From contig NW_003314276.1 of assembly GCF_000143415.4 (NCBI RefSeq), positions 1,199,434 through 1,263,433 on the forward strand: DNA of 64,000 nt, given 5' to 3'. A model generated the notes under the pieces. That model ran no database searches, had not been told where the DNA came from, and worked only from the letters and a program-made list of their open reading frames with translations. This stretch comes from Selaginella moellendorffii. Taxonomy: Eukaryota > Plantae > Lycopodiophyta. Shown piece after piece: positions 62,749 through 64,000 of this stretch; positions within the stretch are counted from its first letter, which is position 1, and each line of letters starts with the position of its first letter. The position numbers and the translations under genes were made by a program.

Positions 62749-64000
62749 TGTAGCGCACGTGGTTTTGACCCTTTATCCTATAGTGATTTACCATAGGATA
62801 ACACCACGAAGCGGAACCTAAACCCTCTTTGTGCCACGTGTCACATGCCACGTGTCCATGCCACGTGTCCACAGGAACCCAAGGTTCAGGGCCTTGGGCC
62901 ACTGAACGAAGGAACGGTGCCAAAACTCCCAAGCACGAAGCCAAGGAGTGACGGAACCGAACCACGAAGCAACTCCCGAGTGTACAGCCCAAGGAGCGAA
63001 GGGACAGGAGCCCGGAGCGACTTGGAACAGTCCTAGAGCAACCAGCATCCCAATGCCAGGACCAGCACACAAAACGGAGCCAAACGGAGTCTGGCGCTAT
63101 TTTGGCATACCGGTGGCCTAACGTGAGGACATGGGTACTCCACCAGCTAGCATGGAATGGAACTTGGGCTTAGACCCAAGCCGGACGCAGAACAAGGACA
63201 GGCACGCAAGCAGGAGCTAGACTATGCCTCAGGTTGGTCGGCCATGCCCGACCTACCCACTATCCCTACTATACATTTGGAACCCCCCATAGCCCCCCCC
63301 CCTTGAGGAACACACGCTTTGGGCTTTCACCCCAAGCCTCCCTTAGTATCAGGAGTTAGTCTCTGGGACAAGCTCGAAACTTACTAATTATGGAATGTCC
63401 CTAGATTGCGAATTTGGACACGGGACAAACACCATTGTGTACAGAACGATCTCTACATTCCGTAGATATGCCAAATGAGCAAATCTGGACACTTTCCATA
63501 AATAGCATTTGGGACAAATTAAGACTAACACAAAGGGCATGATAGCGAGGGTGTTTGGCAGACACGGTAAGCTATCATCTAGCGATGTTGAGGGACCAAT
63601 CTCAATATCGCGGGGGTTCTTGATACTAGCAAGTGCAAGCCAATGACACAAGTTTCTCAAACCAGGCCGAGTATGCTCAGCAAGAAACACATAGGGTTCC
63701 TACCTTATGTTTATCCAATCTAAGTGCATGTTCATTGACCAGTTTCTCAACTAGTTCAAGTGGGAACTGATAACGGGTCTAGCAATACCGACCTCCTGCC
63801 ATCGTGGCAGTAAGGTAAGAGTGTCCGTAAGGACTGGCCGACAGGTAACTTTTGATACCTGAAGTCACATTCGCGACACTCTCCCCCCCTTGGGAAGATC
63901 GACGTCCTCGTCGATGCATACTCGAGTCTAGAATACCGCCAAGGAAACAACTCCAGAAAAAGTTCACGGTACTCACACTATATGAGAAATACACCAACTT
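62749..64000 (-). mobile_element. 3' LTR (62749-63878) and PPT of a TGTAGCGCATGTG-family element that continues beyond the window
   Basis: The LTR is homologous to 47430 and 53439. PPT complement CTCTCCCCCCCTT starts at 63879. Confidence 0.92.

Overview
This is a eukaryotic, plant-type window made almost entirely of nested transposable elements. The 45-57 nt GT-AG introns, (TTTAGGG)n tract and heavy C>T decay suggest a seed-free land plant such as a Selaginella-like lycophyte (inference). From left to right it holds: a degenerate MULE/SWIM transposase gene, a decayed Helitron RepHel, old Ty3/gypsy remnants with a solo LTR, and a large non-coding (LARD-like) LTR element (16.5-56.1 kb) that hosts later insertions. 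More nested gypsy elements follow to the right edge. The main finding is a TIR-bounded DNA transposon at about 18498-40797, which is about 13.3 kb once a nested LTR element and a 1.33 kb duplication are removed. It carries (i) an intact 1021-aa Sola-like/DUF7869-type DDD transposase with extra domains, and (ii) a divergently transcribed 11-exon gene of about 1640 aa that fuses a ParB/Srx-like domain, a degenerate N6/N4-DNA-methyltransferase-like fold, acidic/low-complexity linkers and an FCP1/NIF-type HAD phosphatase. It also carries (iii) about 28 dispersed copies of a 22-bp palindrome, ATGGCRTG-N6-CAYGCCAT. These lie in its introns, promoter region, subtermini and even coding exons, and I found no full copy outside the TIRs. 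The arrangement resembles a parS/ParB-like self-marking or anti-silencing system of a transposon; this is a hypothesis. All domain calls are from motif recognition by eye, not database searches.
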